Below are positions 39,167 through 49,511 of a stretch of 64,000 bases of DNA, one piece after another. Positions within the stretch are counted from its first letter, which is position 1, and each line of letters opens with the position of its first letter. The DNA comes from Candidatus Hodarchaeota archaeon. Lineage in GTDB: Archaea; Asgardarchaeota; Lokiarchaeia; Sigyniarchaeales; SOKP01. The notes beneath the pieces are model-generated. The model was not told the DNA's origin and searched no databases. It saw only the letters and a program-made list of their open reading frames with translations. The stretch is taken from contig JBHLJY010000003.1 in the NCBI GenBank assembly GCA_048887225.1, positions 96,001 to 160,000 of the forward strand. Reading direction: 5' to 3'. The position numbers were made by a program, and so were the translations under genes.

Positions 39167-39952
39167 TTAGCCTATTAAGATTTTTTTATAAATGAAATAT
39201 AAAAGTCCAATGTAAAATATACCTATTATTAACGGGATAAAAATTTCTATTATCGTAGGAAAGAAAACAAATTCATTTTCTAAAAAAATTTCAACAATTA
39301 TTTGATTATCTTCAATGTATAGTTTATACGACCTTAAAATGCCTTGATCATTATACATTGCTTGAATTTTAATGAATTTGGTAGGATAATCATCCTCTAA
39401 ATCATATTTCTCAATTTCACAGTTTAAAGCTGATATAGATCTGGCATCTATTGAATAACCCTCATATAAGTCTACTTCTTTTAAATACTCATCTATTGGA
39501 ATTGGAAGCCATATTGGAGCAAAATTCTGAAATATTAAATCATCAGAAAAATCTTTTGGATCAGTATAATGTGTTATCTGATCTACATAATCATCATCAC
39601 CAAAAGATTTATCTTCATCTGTCCAAATCCATTTTTTAAAAGTAATAGAGAAAAATTCTTCATTTTCTTGTGATTTAGGATTATATATTTTAGTATCTTC
39701 ATCAATTTCTTCTATTATAAATTTCATCCGAGTTCCTCGTTCTAATTCCTCAAAAAGACCTGTTCCGTTAGAATCCCAAATTTTACCAAAAAGATCTTCC
39801 ATTTTCTCTTTATCACATATAGTACATTTCCAGATAAATTGATCACCTTCTTCAACCCCTATATCATAATTCGCTGCGACTCCATTTGAAGCTGTCACAA
39901 TAATAGATACCATAAACACCGTTGCAACTAATAAACAGAGTTTAATCTTCAA
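39167..39952 (-). CDS. exported acidic protein with signal peptide and C-terminal TM anchor
   Basis: Hydrophobic N-terminus, YDIGVEEGD.FIW, D/E-rich body, C-terminal TM + KK. Confidence 0.7.
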   Translation of the reverse strand: MKIKLCLLVATVFMVSIIVTASNGVAANYDIGVEEGDQFIWKCTICDKEKMEDLFGKIWDSNGTGLFEELERGTRMKFIIEEIDEDTKIYNPKSQENEEFFSITFKKWIWTDEDKSFGDDDYVDQITHYTDPKDFSDDLIFQNFAPIWLPIPIDEYLKEVDLYEGYSIDARSISALNCEIEKYDLEDDYPTKFIKIQAMYNDQGILRSYKLYIEDNQIIVEIFLENEFVFFPTIIEIFIPLIIGIFYIGLLYFIYKKILIG

Positions 39953-41232
39953 AATTTACTCCCTCTAATTCTTTTCAAACCGCTCCTATTTTTTCTCTGG
40001 ATTAATGCATATTTGCTTATTCCATAAAAAATCAATATTAAAAAAATTGTGCTTGCAAAATTATAGGGAAAGTAAAACCATATTAGAAACCAAATTCCCA
40101 TAAAAGCTAAGTCAAAACAGCTAAAAAAGAGTAAACTTTTTCTTATATATTTTTCAGTAATTTCTGAATGTCTTGGTAAATTAAATATCATGATAATCAA
40201 TAATGGTGTTAAATTTAAGAGATGATGGTCCCAAGAATCATAATATCCAAGAAACATAATTGTTATTCCGAGAGTTATCCCATAAATTATCTGGGATTTT
40301 TTATCAAATTTTCCAATTATAAATATTATAAATCCTAACCCTGCTATAATACTCAAAACACCAATTAAAACATATAATTGATTGAAGGGAATATTATAAA
40401 CATAGCAAAAATTTAGAATTAATTTTGTAATGCTAAATGAGAAATTTAAAGTAAGTGGATTACTCCCCGTCAAATTTGTTTCTATAAATCCTTCCAATAA
40501 TATTGGATATGCTAGAAATAAGATAATATTTAATGATCCTGGTAAAAATACTCCAATTAACCTTACGATGCTAGTTGAAAAATCAATAGTTAACTTTTTC
40601 CTTTTTTTTAAATCTAGATTGACCACTAATAAGAAGGGAATTAAAAAGAGGGCAGTAGGTTTTAGGATTATACCTATCCCTAAAATCAAGCTACCAACAA
40701 ATTGCCATTTAAGTTTTTCATATTTGAGAAATATATAAAGAGATATTAATATAAAAAAGGTAATATATAAATTAATCTGCCCTAAAATATAATTGAACAT
40801 TTGAGGTAATCCCACCAAATAAACGCTAATATATATAATAATCCTTTTATCGTCTTTTTCATGATCTTCTCCTTTAACAAGTTTACAGATTTTGTATAAA
40901 ACAATACAAATTAAGATATTAAGAATTAAATTTAAAATATGGAAAACAATGAAACCTACTTCAAAGCCTAATAGATAAAATGGAACAAAAAACATCGCTG
41001 AGAGGGGCAAATATCTATAATCCCATAAATAATGTTCTTGATTATATAAATCTTCTATATTTTTGTAGAATATTCCCCCAGCATTAAAATATATTATGAA
41101 ATCATTTTGATCTCTGAGAATTGTAAGAACTATGATTAATGAGACAATAAAATAACCTAAATGAAGTATTACCGTATATCGAAAAAATTTGAAATTAATC
41201 CAGAGTTCTTTAAATCTTTTAATCGGTTTCAT
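39949..41232 (-). CDS. GT87/DUF2029 GT-C glycosyltransferase
   Basis: DFIIYFNAG..LY..YRYLP, LGQIN, ILKP, WDHH. Confidence 0.82.
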   Translation of the reverse strand: MKPIKRFKELWINFKFFRYTVILHLGYFIVSLIIVLTILRDQNDFIIYFNAGGIFYKNIEDLYNQEHYLWDYRYLPLSAMFFVPFYLLGFEVGFIVFHILNLILNILICIVLYKICKLVKGEDHEKDDKRIIIYISVYLVGLPQMFNYILGQINLYITFFILISLYIFLKYEKLKWQFVGSLILGIGIILKPTALFLIPFLLVVNLDLKKRKKLTIDFSTSIVRLIGVFLPGSLNIILFLAYPILLEGFIETNLTGSNPLTLNFSFSITKLILNFCYVYNIPFNQLYVLIGVLSIIAGLGFIIFIIGKFDKKSQIIYGITLGITIMFLGYYDSWDHHLLNLTPLLIIMIFNLPRHSEITEKYIRKSLLFFSCFDLAFMGIWFLIWFYFPYNFASTIFLILIFYGISKYALIQRKNRSGLKRIRGSKF

Positions 41233-41337
41233 TGAATTTTAAAAGATTTATCTAATTTACATAAATTTAATTTTCTATTAAATTCTTAAATTAAATTAGT
41301 AAAATTAATTTTTTTAAAATTTTAGAAGGGATTTTAA

Positions 41338-42750
41338 ATGAACCCTACTTTTGGTGTAATCATTGGAAATCGAGATGCTTTTCCCGATCATCTCGCAAAA
41401 GAAGGAAGGGTAGAAATCATTGATATTTTAAATGAATTGGGCTATGATTACGTTATTTTAGGAGAAAATGAAACAAATTTTGGAGCAGTAGAAACTTATT
41501 CAGATGCTAAAAAATGTGCAGAGTTATTCAAAAAGAATTCTGATAAAATTTTTGGAATATTAATAGTACTATGTAATTTTGGAAATGAAAAAGGAATAGT
41601 CACAACGCTCAAACTCGCAAACCTTAATGTTCCTGTTTTAATCCAAGCCTCCTCAGATGAAATTGATAAAATGAATAGGAAATTCAGAAGGGATGCCTTT
41701 TGTGGAAAAATTTCTGTTTGTAACGTTCTTTATCAACACGGGATTCCCTTTAGTCTCACTTCTCTTCATACATGTCCTATTAAATCAGAAATTTACAAAG
41801 AAGATATAAAAAGATTTGAAAAAATTTGCAAAATCGTATATAAGCTCAAAAAGGCGAGATTAGGACAAATTGGAACAAGACCAAACGCATTTGAAACTGT
41901 TAGGTATAGTGAAAAAATTTTAGCTTTTAATGGGATAACCGTTGAACCAATTGATCTTTCTGAAATTTTGAGTCTAATTGGAGAATTGGATGATAATGAC
42001 AATAAAGTTAAAGAAAAAATTGAATTTCTTAAAAATTATACTTCTACTGCTCAATTTCCAGAAGAAAGTATTATAAAATTAGGAAAATTAGCAGTAGTTA
42101 TTGATAAATGGGTAAAAGAAAAGGAATTAGATGGATTTGCTTTCCAATGTTGGCCCTCAATCGAATCAAACCTCGGTATTGTCCCATGTGCTGTTTTAAG
42201 TACATTTAGCGAGGGTCTAGTTCCAGCTGCATGTGAAGTTGATATTTCAGGATTAATTGGAATGTTAATACTACAAATAGCTACTAATACTCCATCAGCA
42301 ATTTTAGACTGGAACAACAATTATGGTGATGATCCAAATAAAATGGTTCTTTTCCATTGTAGTAATCTTCCAAAATCGTTTTTCCAAGATACTAAAATGA
42401 CCCTACATCCAATTATGAAAGATTTCAGAGGTGAAGAAAATACATTTGGTGCTATTCAGGGCAGAATTAAAAAAAGACCTTGTACACTCTTAAGAATAGA
42501 AACAGATGATTTATTTGGTGAGATGAAAGCAATACTTGCTGAAGGAGAATATACAGACGATCCTTTAGAAACATATGGTGGATATGGCGTTATTGAAATA
42601 CCTAATTTACAAGCTCTATTGAAAAAGTTATGTTTAGGTGGATTTGCCCATCATGTTGCAGCAAGTTTAAGTGAAGTTGGTGATATCATTTATGAGGCAT
42701 TATCTAATTATCTAGGATATAATATCGAATATCATAATAAAAATCTATAA
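41338..42750 (+). CDS. L-fucose/L-arabinose isomerase family protein
   Basis: NFGNE, RRDAFCGKIS, QCWP, ACEVD, FHCSN, GFAHH. Confidence 0.85.
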   Translation: MNPTFGVIIGNRDAFPDHLAKEGRVEIIDILNELGYDYVILGENETNFGAVETYSDAKKCAELFKKNSDKIFGILIVLCNFGNEKGIVTTLKLANLNVPVLIQASSDEIDKMNRKFRRDAFCGKISVCNVLYQHGIPFSLTSLHTCPIKSEIYKEDIKRFEKICKIVYKLKKARLGQIGTRPNAFETVRYSEKILAFNGITVEPIDLSEILSLIGELDDNDNKVKEKIEFLKNYTSTAQFPEESIIKLGKLAVVIDKWVKEKELDGFAFQCWPSIESNLGIVPCAVLSTFSEGLVPAACEVDISGLIGMLILQIATNTPSAILDWNNNYGDDPNKMVLFHCSNLPKSFFQDTKMTLHPIMKDFRGEENTFGAIQGRIKKRPCTLLRIETDDLFGEMKAILAEGEYTDDPLETYGGYGVIEIPNLQALLKKLCLGGFAHHVAASLSEVGDIIYEALSNYLGYNIEYHNKNL

Positions 42751-42765
42751 GATTTATTTTTTAAT

Positions 42766-43863
42766 CTATATTTTTCTTTTAATTTTTAACTCTTTTTCAA
42801 AAAAGCCAGACTCAATAATTTTTTTTCTTTTTTCAGTTAAAATTGTATATATCTTAATAGGATTATATTGTTTTAGATTATTTTCAAGAAAATTCGTAAT
42901 TCTTTTTCTGGTTAAATATATCGAATATTCTGAAATGTCGCATCCTATCCATCTCCTTTTCAACTTCTCCGCAGCTAATAATGTTGTACCAGAACCACAA
43001 AAAAAGTCTGCAATTAGATCCCCTTCATTAGACCCTAATTGAATAATTCTTTCAAGTAATTCGTGATGTTTTTGAGTAGGGTATCCTGTCCATTCTTTTG
43101 AAGCAGGTTGCATACATGGAATTTTCCATACATCATCTAGTTTTTTATCTGTTACAATTCTATATATAACATGGCCATTATTGTTCTTAACATTTTTTAG
43201 AACACCATTTACCATTTGTCTTTTAAGTTGCTTCCTAGGTTTTTTACGTGGAATTCGAATTTCGTTAAAATTATAGTTATTTGATTTCGAGTATACTAAA
43301 ATATTATCGTATGCCCGTGGTAAATTTTTCTTCCCAGCTGAATATTTATTATAATAATACCAAACGATATTGTTTACAAATCTATTTTTTCCAAAAACCT
43401 CGTCCAAAATTAGTCTTATATAATGACTTGCATGCCAGTCTATATGAACGAAAATTAATCCGGTTTTAGATAATAACTCTTTAAATAAAATTATCCTCTC
43501 ATATAACATTTGCAAATATGAATCTAAATCATCTTCCCAATGATCGTAATAGGCTATGGAATCATAATTTAAATCATTATCATTAATTTTTATATGATAA
43601 TTAGAACCAGTAAAGAATGGGGGATCTATATAAATCAAATTAATTTTTTCTTCATAATTATTTAATAAATAAAATAAAACTTCCAAATTATCCCCCCAAA
43701 ATAATTTATTTGTCCAATTATCTGAAGAGGACAAATCTTTAGAATTTATTATTGAATCATTAAGGATACTATTGACAAGCTTAAATTCATTGTAGTATTT
43801 TTTTTTAAATCCTTCAATCTTATCATGTAATTTTGCCTTATTCTTCCAAGTTAATTTAACCAT
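42766..43863 (-). CDS. site-specific DNA methyltransferase (N6/N4, beta class), orphan
   Basis: IYIDPPF, YPTQK, DFFCGSGTT. Confidence 0.9.
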   Translation of the reverse strand: MVKLTWKNKAKLHDKIEGFKKKYYNEFKLVNSILNDSIINSKDLSSSDNWTNKLFWGDNLEVLFYLLNNYEEKINLIYIDPPFFTGSNYHIKINDNDLNYDSIAYYDHWEDDLDSYLQMLYERIILFKELLSKTGLIFVHIDWHASHYIRLILDEVFGKNRFVNNIVWYYYNKYSAGKKNLPRAYDNILVYSKSNNYNFNEIRIPRKKPRKQLKRQMVNGVLKNVKNNNGHVIYRIVTDKKLDDVWKIPCMQPASKEWTGYPTQKHHELLERIIQLGSNEGDLIADFFCGSGTTLLAAEKLKRRWIGCDISEYSIYLTRKRITNFLENNLKQYNPIKIYTILTEKRKKIIESGFFEKELKIKRKI

Positions 43864-43883
43864 TTAAATCTACAATCGTTTAA

Positions 43884-45140
43884 TTATAATTTAAATAATA
43901 ATATTGTTAAAAAAGTCGTTCCTATTAATATTGAAATAGTTAATAATTGGTATCCTAATAAATGGATACAATAAAGTTTTTTTTCTTTATCAGGATTTAA
44001 AACTCTTAATGAATAAAACATTTTATTTACAATAGCTCCAGTTAAACCAATTGATAACATAATTAAGGCATCTGTTTCAGTTACTAAACCTCCTAAATAG
44101 GCAGTTACTGCGAATAAAGAAGAAGCACCGCCAGAGAGTAAACCTATAGCAAAAGCAATCAAATAAATTGTAAAGATATTTAAAGTGAAAAATTCTAAAA
44201 TAAGGGTAATTATTAACGCTAAAGAGTATGTTCCAGCAAAAATAAGTGCCCCTTTTAATGACAAAGGATTTTTGATTCTATCTAATGTAAGAGATGTTTC
44301 TTTTTTTCTTAATATTAAAAAGGATCCGATTAATCCAATCCCAGCAGTTATTAAAATTGGCATTAAAGCATATCTTAATAATAAAGGTGCTAAAAGTAAA
44401 ACAAGAATCATTCTTATTAACATTGTTTGAATTACGAGCCATATGGATGATGAAGATGCTCCTGCTTCTGCTAAATCTTCAGTGGTTGCTTCGGAATGAG
44501 CAAGACCACCTAAAAACGACATATAATATAAATTGTGCTTAACAGAACTGCGGAGTAAGAAATAACTTATATATTTAATTGCTAATATAGTTATGAATAT
44601 AATAATTATAGATTTTAAATTGATATTTGCTATTATGATGTTGTCAGGAATTAGAATAAATAATAAAACTACGATTGCTATGAATTCCACAGTTCCCGTC
44701 CATTCGATTGTTTCTAGTTTCGTTATTTTTTGGAACTGTGTTTTAGTTGATAAAATAATTAAAAATATGACGGAGATTACAATAGCTAAAAAATACATAT
44801 AATAACTTAATATTCCAACTACTATTGATAAAAGCATTGATACGGTGGTTGTATATCCTGGATCTTCTGTATGAAATAATCGATAAACGGCACCAATTAA
44901 GAGAAATACGACCATACCAGAAAAAATTATAATTAATAATACAATTCCCAAATCTTTAAAAAAATTCTCATAGATAATTATTAATGACGTTGATATTAAT
45001 GAGAAAAAAATATGGTCACGTGCACCAAATTGTTTTTTACCTCTTTCACGTTCAATCCCAATAATAAACCCACAAAAAAAAGAAACAATAATCGCGAAGA
45101 AATATGAGTAAAACTCGTCTTTTATTATATATTGCATCAA
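43884..45140 (-). CDS. MgtC/SapB + DUF4010 membrane protein
   Basis: GFIIGIERE...FGARDH, GYTT, LGGLAHSEATT, NPLSLK.AL.FA. Confidence 0.82.
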   Translation of the reverse strand: MMQYIIKDEFYSYFFAIIVSFFCGFIIGIERERGKKQFGARDHIFFSLISTSLIIIYENFFKDLGIVLLIIIFSGMVVFLLIGAVYRLFHTEDPGYTTTVSMLLSIVVGILSYYMYFLAIVISVIFLIILSTKTQFQKITKLETIEWTGTVEFIAIVVLLFILIPDNIIIANINLKSIIIIFITILAIKYISYFLLRSSVKHNLYYMSFLGGLAHSEATTEDLAEAGASSSSIWLVIQTMLIRMILVLLLAPLLLRYALMPILITAGIGLIGSFLILRKKETSLTLDRIKNPLSLKGALIFAGTYSLALIITLILEFFTLNIFTIYLIAFAIGLLSGGASSLFAVTAYLGGLVTETDALIMLSIGLTGAIVNKMFYSLRVLNPDKEKKLYCIHLLGYQLLTISILIGTTFLTILLFKL

Positions 45141-45301
45141 TTTAACTTCAGATTTTTCCTAATGTTTTTATTATGAATAAATATTAGCTTTTTGAAATAT
45201 ATAAAATATATGAAATAAGACTTAACTAATTAGACTTATCATCTATAGATTATAATAATTAAAGTAAAATTTTTGAAAAACTTTGATATTAATGATATAT
45301 T

Positions 45302-46102
45302 ATGGCTAAAATATATGTAGGGTGTGCTGGTTGGGATTATAAAGATTGGATTGGTCCATTTTATCCAAAAAAACTCGAAAAATATCGTCATTTGGAATAT
45401 TACGCGAAATACTTCGATTTAACTGAGATAAATTCTACATTTTATAATCTTCCTGCTGAAGATACGGTGTATAAATGGGCAAATCGCGTTCCAGAAGGCT
45501 TTCGCTGCATTGTAAAAGTATGGCAAGATATTACACATAAATTAAATGATCCAGAGATAGAATCTCGTATAGCGCAATTCTTTTATCGAATGCAACCTCT
45601 ACATGAGAAAATTATTGCTTTCCTGTTTCAATTTCCCCCTTGGTTTAAATATGCTGATAAGCATCTAAAACGTTTAATTTGGTTGCTTACTGAAATTCCC
45701 TCAGAATATCAGTACATCATTGAACTGCGAGATAAATCATGGTTTGACCTACAAATCCTTTCGAACTTCATAGATGGTTCTCAAAAAATTCTTGGAACTT
45801 CATATATACCATACACAAAACCATATTACCTCCCTGATCAACAATATTACTATATTAGACTTATTGGAGATCGAGAACTCACTGTTTTTAATCGAATTCA
45901 AAGAGAACAAAAAGAAGCAATGAACCACTTAAATAAAAATGTTAAAAAGCTGATAAAAAAACCGAATATAAATGAGATATTCATCATTGTTAATAATCAT
46001 TTTGCAGGTTTTGCTCCTGAATCTGCAAATGAACTTAAAAAGCGATTTGGTTTATCATTCCATCGATTTAATCAGCAGAAAAAATTATTTGACTTTTTTT
46101 AA
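45302..46102 (+). CDS. DUF72 family protein
   Basis: YVGCAGWDYKDW.G.FYP, EINSTFY, QFPP, ELR..SW, YIRL, NNH. Confidence 0.92.
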   Translation: MAKIYVGCAGWDYKDWIGPFYPKKLEKYRHLEYYAKYFDLTEINSTFYNLPAEDTVYKWANRVPEGFRCIVKVWQDITHKLNDPEIESRIAQFFYRMQPLHEKIIAFLFQFPPWFKYADKHLKRLIWLLTEIPSEYQYIIELRDKSWFDLQILSNFIDGSQKILGTSYIPYTKPYYLPDQQYYYIRLIGDRELTVFNRIQREQKEAMNHLNKNVKKLIKKPNINEIFIIVNNHFAGFAPESANELKKRFGLSFHRFNQQKKLFDFF

Positions 46103-46190
46103 CATAAATCTTTTTGTAAATGTTAAATTGAAATTATAAATATTTTCGAATTTTAAATATTATAAAATCAAAATATGAAGTAGATTAAAA

Positions 46191-47195
46191 ATGGGTTTTT
46201 CTGGATTAATTAGGCTTTTTAAAAAAAGATATAGGATTTTTTTATTTATTGTTCTCTGGCTTTTAATTGGGATTTTGGTTTCTACGCTCAGTTTCGATCT
46301 TGGTATAATTATTCTGACACCATTAATCCCACTCTGCATTGTTTTATTTGCGATATCAATTATTACCGATTTAAGAGACATGAGCTTTTTAATATTTATT
46401 ATAGTTATTATTGTAACAGCAATATTGGTTCTCGGTTTCTTTGTATTTCGTAATATTATAGTCCCTTTTTTATTTGATCTATCAATAATAAGCTATATAA
46501 TAATTACAGCTTTTTTTACTTTGTACGCTTGCTACGAGGGCGGAAGAAATCTCGATGAATTTATCTATACAAGATTTCCTAGCCCAACACACCACATAAT
46601 GAGGTGGATAGAGTTTGCAGGAGGAATAGCTTTAGGTCTTTTAATCATTTGGTTTACATTTATTTTTACAGGCTCTCAATTATATCTTATCACATGGATT
46701 GTTATTATAACTATTCTAGTGTTAGCTGGAATAGCTGTATTATTAATATTAACAGGAAAATTTAATGCTTGGTTTGGGACTTTCTCTCTATATGCTGGAT
46801 TTTATTTTGCATATTTGGTTGTTGCTTTTCTTATAGGACCCGCGCTGCTTGAGCAGGGAGGTACCTATCCAATAATGATCCTGGTCATTTTTGCTCTATT
46901 TGATATTATAATCCTTCTATATACAGTAGGGGTTTTAGTGGGTGAAAGAGCAGATATAATTAGTAAAAAAATTAAAATCGGACCAGATACAATTCTAATG
47001 TGGCTGATCTTTTCGAAAGCCTCCTACGAACTTGCAAAGCTGTTAAATCCTTTAATAATCTCATTCAAGTATTGGTGGGTATTAGTAATATTTGTTGTTT
47101 TGCTCGGAATCGTGGGATTTGTCGGGATTGTGAAGTATAAGAAATTCAGGACAAATATAAAAAGAAAAAGAACTATAAGGAAAGGAAAAAAATAA
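46191..47195 (+). CDS. uncharacterised multipass membrane protein, paralog 1 of 4
   Basis: ~9-10 TM; shared WLIFSKA.YE motif. Confidence 0.8.
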   Translation: MGFSGLIRLFKKRYRIFLFIVLWLLIGILVSTLSFDLGIIILTPLIPLCIVLFAISIITDLRDMSFLIFIIVIIVTAILVLGFFVFRNIIVPFLFDLSIISYIIITAFFTLYACYEGGRNLDEFIYTRFPSPTHHIMRWIEFAGGIALGLLIIWFTFIFTGSQLYLITWIVIITILVLAGIAVLLILTGKFNAWFGTFSLYAGFYFAYLVVAFLIGPALLEQGGTYPIMILVIFALFDIIILLYTVGVLVGERADIISKKIKIGPDTILMWLIFSKASYELAKLLNPLIISFKYWWVLVIFVVLLGIVGFVGIVKYKKFRTNIKRKRTIRKGKK

Positions 47196-47253
47196 GGTTT
47201 AAATAACCTTAGAATTAATATAACCTCATTAATACTTTAAAAGGTTTGTTTAT

Positions 47254-48297
47254 ATGGTTATAGAAGATTTGAAAGCATTATTTACTAGTAAAGAAAATAG
47301 AATTATTCTAATTCTAACTATTTGGTTAATTATCGGATTCACAATTTTTTCATTTCCACAATTTTTTTCAGTAGATGTTGGAAATCTTATATTTCCCCCT
47401 CTTTTAGGTTTTTGTTTTGCTTTTTTTGTTGTATCTCTGGTGACTCGAAAAGATATAAGAGGATTAAATTGGAAATGGCTTTTTTTAGCAATAGGTATAG
47501 GTTTTGCGATAGCTTTTTTATTTACAGGAATTTGGAGATTTATTGTATTTGGCCTCTATCGATTTGGAATTATTTCCTATGTCTTTATAACGGCTATCTT
47601 CTATATGTATGCTTGCTACAAATATGCATTTAAAGCAGACGAGAAAGCATATAAATTGGAGAAACCAAAAAACCATCTTTTAAGATGGACAATGTTTATC
47701 GGGGGGACTCTAGTAGCACTAGTCTTAACTCGCCTTATTGCCATAATTGGAGTAAGATGGGCTAGAAGATCACCTGAAATTGTAAAGGGTATTGGTTTAA
47801 TTGCGATTATCATTTATTGGATAATAATTACTTTAGCTATTATTGGGGTTTTGACTTTAATTGTTAAGCGATTGAATTCCTGGCTAGGTGTATTTTTTTT
47901 ACTTGTAACATTGTTCACCGCTTTTCTAATGTTTAATGCTTATTATGCATTAGGTTCTAGCAGGGATACGACTTACGGTTTATGGATGCAAATTGGGCTA
48001 TATCTTTTTGATTTAGGTTTGATAATTTATACAATTTCAACTATTATTGGAGAAAAATCCGAAAAAATCAGTGAAAAACTAAAAATTATGAAAGTCGATG
48101 CTATAATTATGTGGCTGATATTTTCCAAGGCAGCCTATGAACTTGCTGTTGTAGCAGATCCAAATATACCGGCAGATCTTATAAACGCAGTATTAGGATT
48201 TCTCCTATTTATTCCATTATTAGCTATTGCAGGTATTTATGGAATCATTAACTATGGTAAAGTCAAGAGGGAGAAAGAATCCATACAAAATCAATAG
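47254..48297 (+). CDS. uncharacterised multipass membrane protein, paralog 2 of 4
   Basis: DAIIMWLIFSKAAYE. Confidence 0.8.
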   Translation: MVIEDLKALFTSKENRIILILTIWLIIGFTIFSFPQFFSVDVGNLIFPPLLGFCFAFFVVSLVTRKDIRGLNWKWLFLAIGIGFAIAFLFTGIWRFIVFGLYRFGIISYVFITAIFYMYACYKYAFKADEKAYKLEKPKNHLLRWTMFIGGTLVALVLTRLIAIIGVRWARRSPEIVKGIGLIAIIIYWIIITLAIIGVLTLIVKRLNSWLGVFFLLVTLFTAFLMFNAYYALGSSRDTTYGLWMQIGLYLFDLGLIIYTISTIIGEKSEKISEKLKIMKVDAIIMWLIFSKAAYELAVVADPNIPADLINAVLGFLLFIPLLAIAGIYGIINYGKVKREKESIQNQ

Positions 48298-48388
48298 ATT
48301 CTAAAAAAATCGCAAATATTAAAAACTCTAATTTTTTCTTATTTTCTATCGTTTTGTTAAAAATTTTTACAACTAAAGGTGAGAATTT

Positions 48389-49429
48389 TTGGTATTTAGC
48401 GAACTCAAAAAATTATTTACACAAAAAGAATATAGATTATTTCTAGTATTAGTTCTTTGGCTCTTAATCGGTTTTACAATATTTCAGTTTAAATTTTTTA
48501 TTCCCATATGGTTAGGGTACGTGATCTTTTTACCATTGTTGGTATTATGCGCTATACTTTATATAATGTCATTAATTTTTCGAACCGATTTAAAAGAATT
48601 GACTCTTAAGAGAATAATTATTTATTGTGTCATTGCTGCTGTGATTCTAGTTATTTTTATTTCCCTTGCTGCTGCGATTTTCTTATTGCTTTTTGTATTG
48701 GCTTTAATTTCATATGTACTTATTACTGCTACATTCTATATGTATTCCTGTTATCGATATGGGGTCGATTTGGATGAAAAAATCAGTAAAGTTGAAGGAG
48801 CTGGGAGAAGTATATTGAGAGGGGTAATGTTCCTTGGAGGTACTATTATTTCTCTTATAATTATGATTATTATTGTTGGTATAGGAATATATTGGGGAAC
48901 AACAACTGGAGAGGTTCAATTTTCATTTGGCGGGATGGCTATCGTGATGATGGTTATTATGATTTTTCTATTGTCTGTAGGAATCATATCATTATTTAGA
49001 GGTAAATTAAATGCTTGGCTAGGTATTTTCTTCTTATTTGTTAGTTTTTATTTCATATATTTAATGATTAGCGCATATTACATAATAACATCCAGTGGCG
49101 ACACTACTTATGATTTAGGAACGCAAATTGCTCTATATGTTTTTGATGTTTTACTCATAATCTATACTACTACAACGTTAATGGGGATTAAAACTGAGGT
49201 ATTGAGCGAAAAGCTCAAATTTATTAAACCAGATGGTGTATTAATGTGGTTAATATTTTCTAAAGCAACTTACGAATTTGCCAAGGCAGGTTTAGAAAAT
49301 ATAAATATCGGCGTTTTTAATGCCATAGCTGGACTATTGGTCTTCGTTGTGTTATTCTTTATGGCTGGTTTGTATGGAATTATTTCATATGGGAAAAGAA
49401 AAGAAGAATTTATAGAATCAGAAGATTAA
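48389..49429 (+). CDS. uncharacterised multipass membrane protein, paralog 3 of 4
   Basis: DGVLMWLIFSKATYE; AGGTGA SD before TTG. Confidence 0.8.
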   Translation: MVFSELKKLFTQKEYRLFLVLVLWLLIGFTIFQFKFFIPIWLGYVIFLPLLVLCAILYIMSLIFRTDLKELTLKRIIIYCVIAAVILVIFISLAAAIFLLLFVLALISYVLITATFYMYSCYRYGVDLDEKISKVEGAGRSILRGVMFLGGTIISLIIMIIIVGIGIYWGTTTGEVQFSFGGMAIVMMVIMIFLLSVGIISLFRGKLNAWLGIFFLFVSFYFIYLMISAYYIITSSGDTTYDLGTQIALYVFDVLLIIYTTTTLMGIKTEVLSEKLKFIKPDGVLMWLIFSKATYEFAKAGLENINIGVFNAIAGLLVFVVLFFMAGLYGIISYGKRKEEFIESED

Positions 49430-49511
49430 ATAAAATCTTAATAAATTATCTTTTTTTTTTACTTTTTTTTAATTGACAAATTTTAAATAATTCCTGTTTG
49501 ATTAAGTTTTT

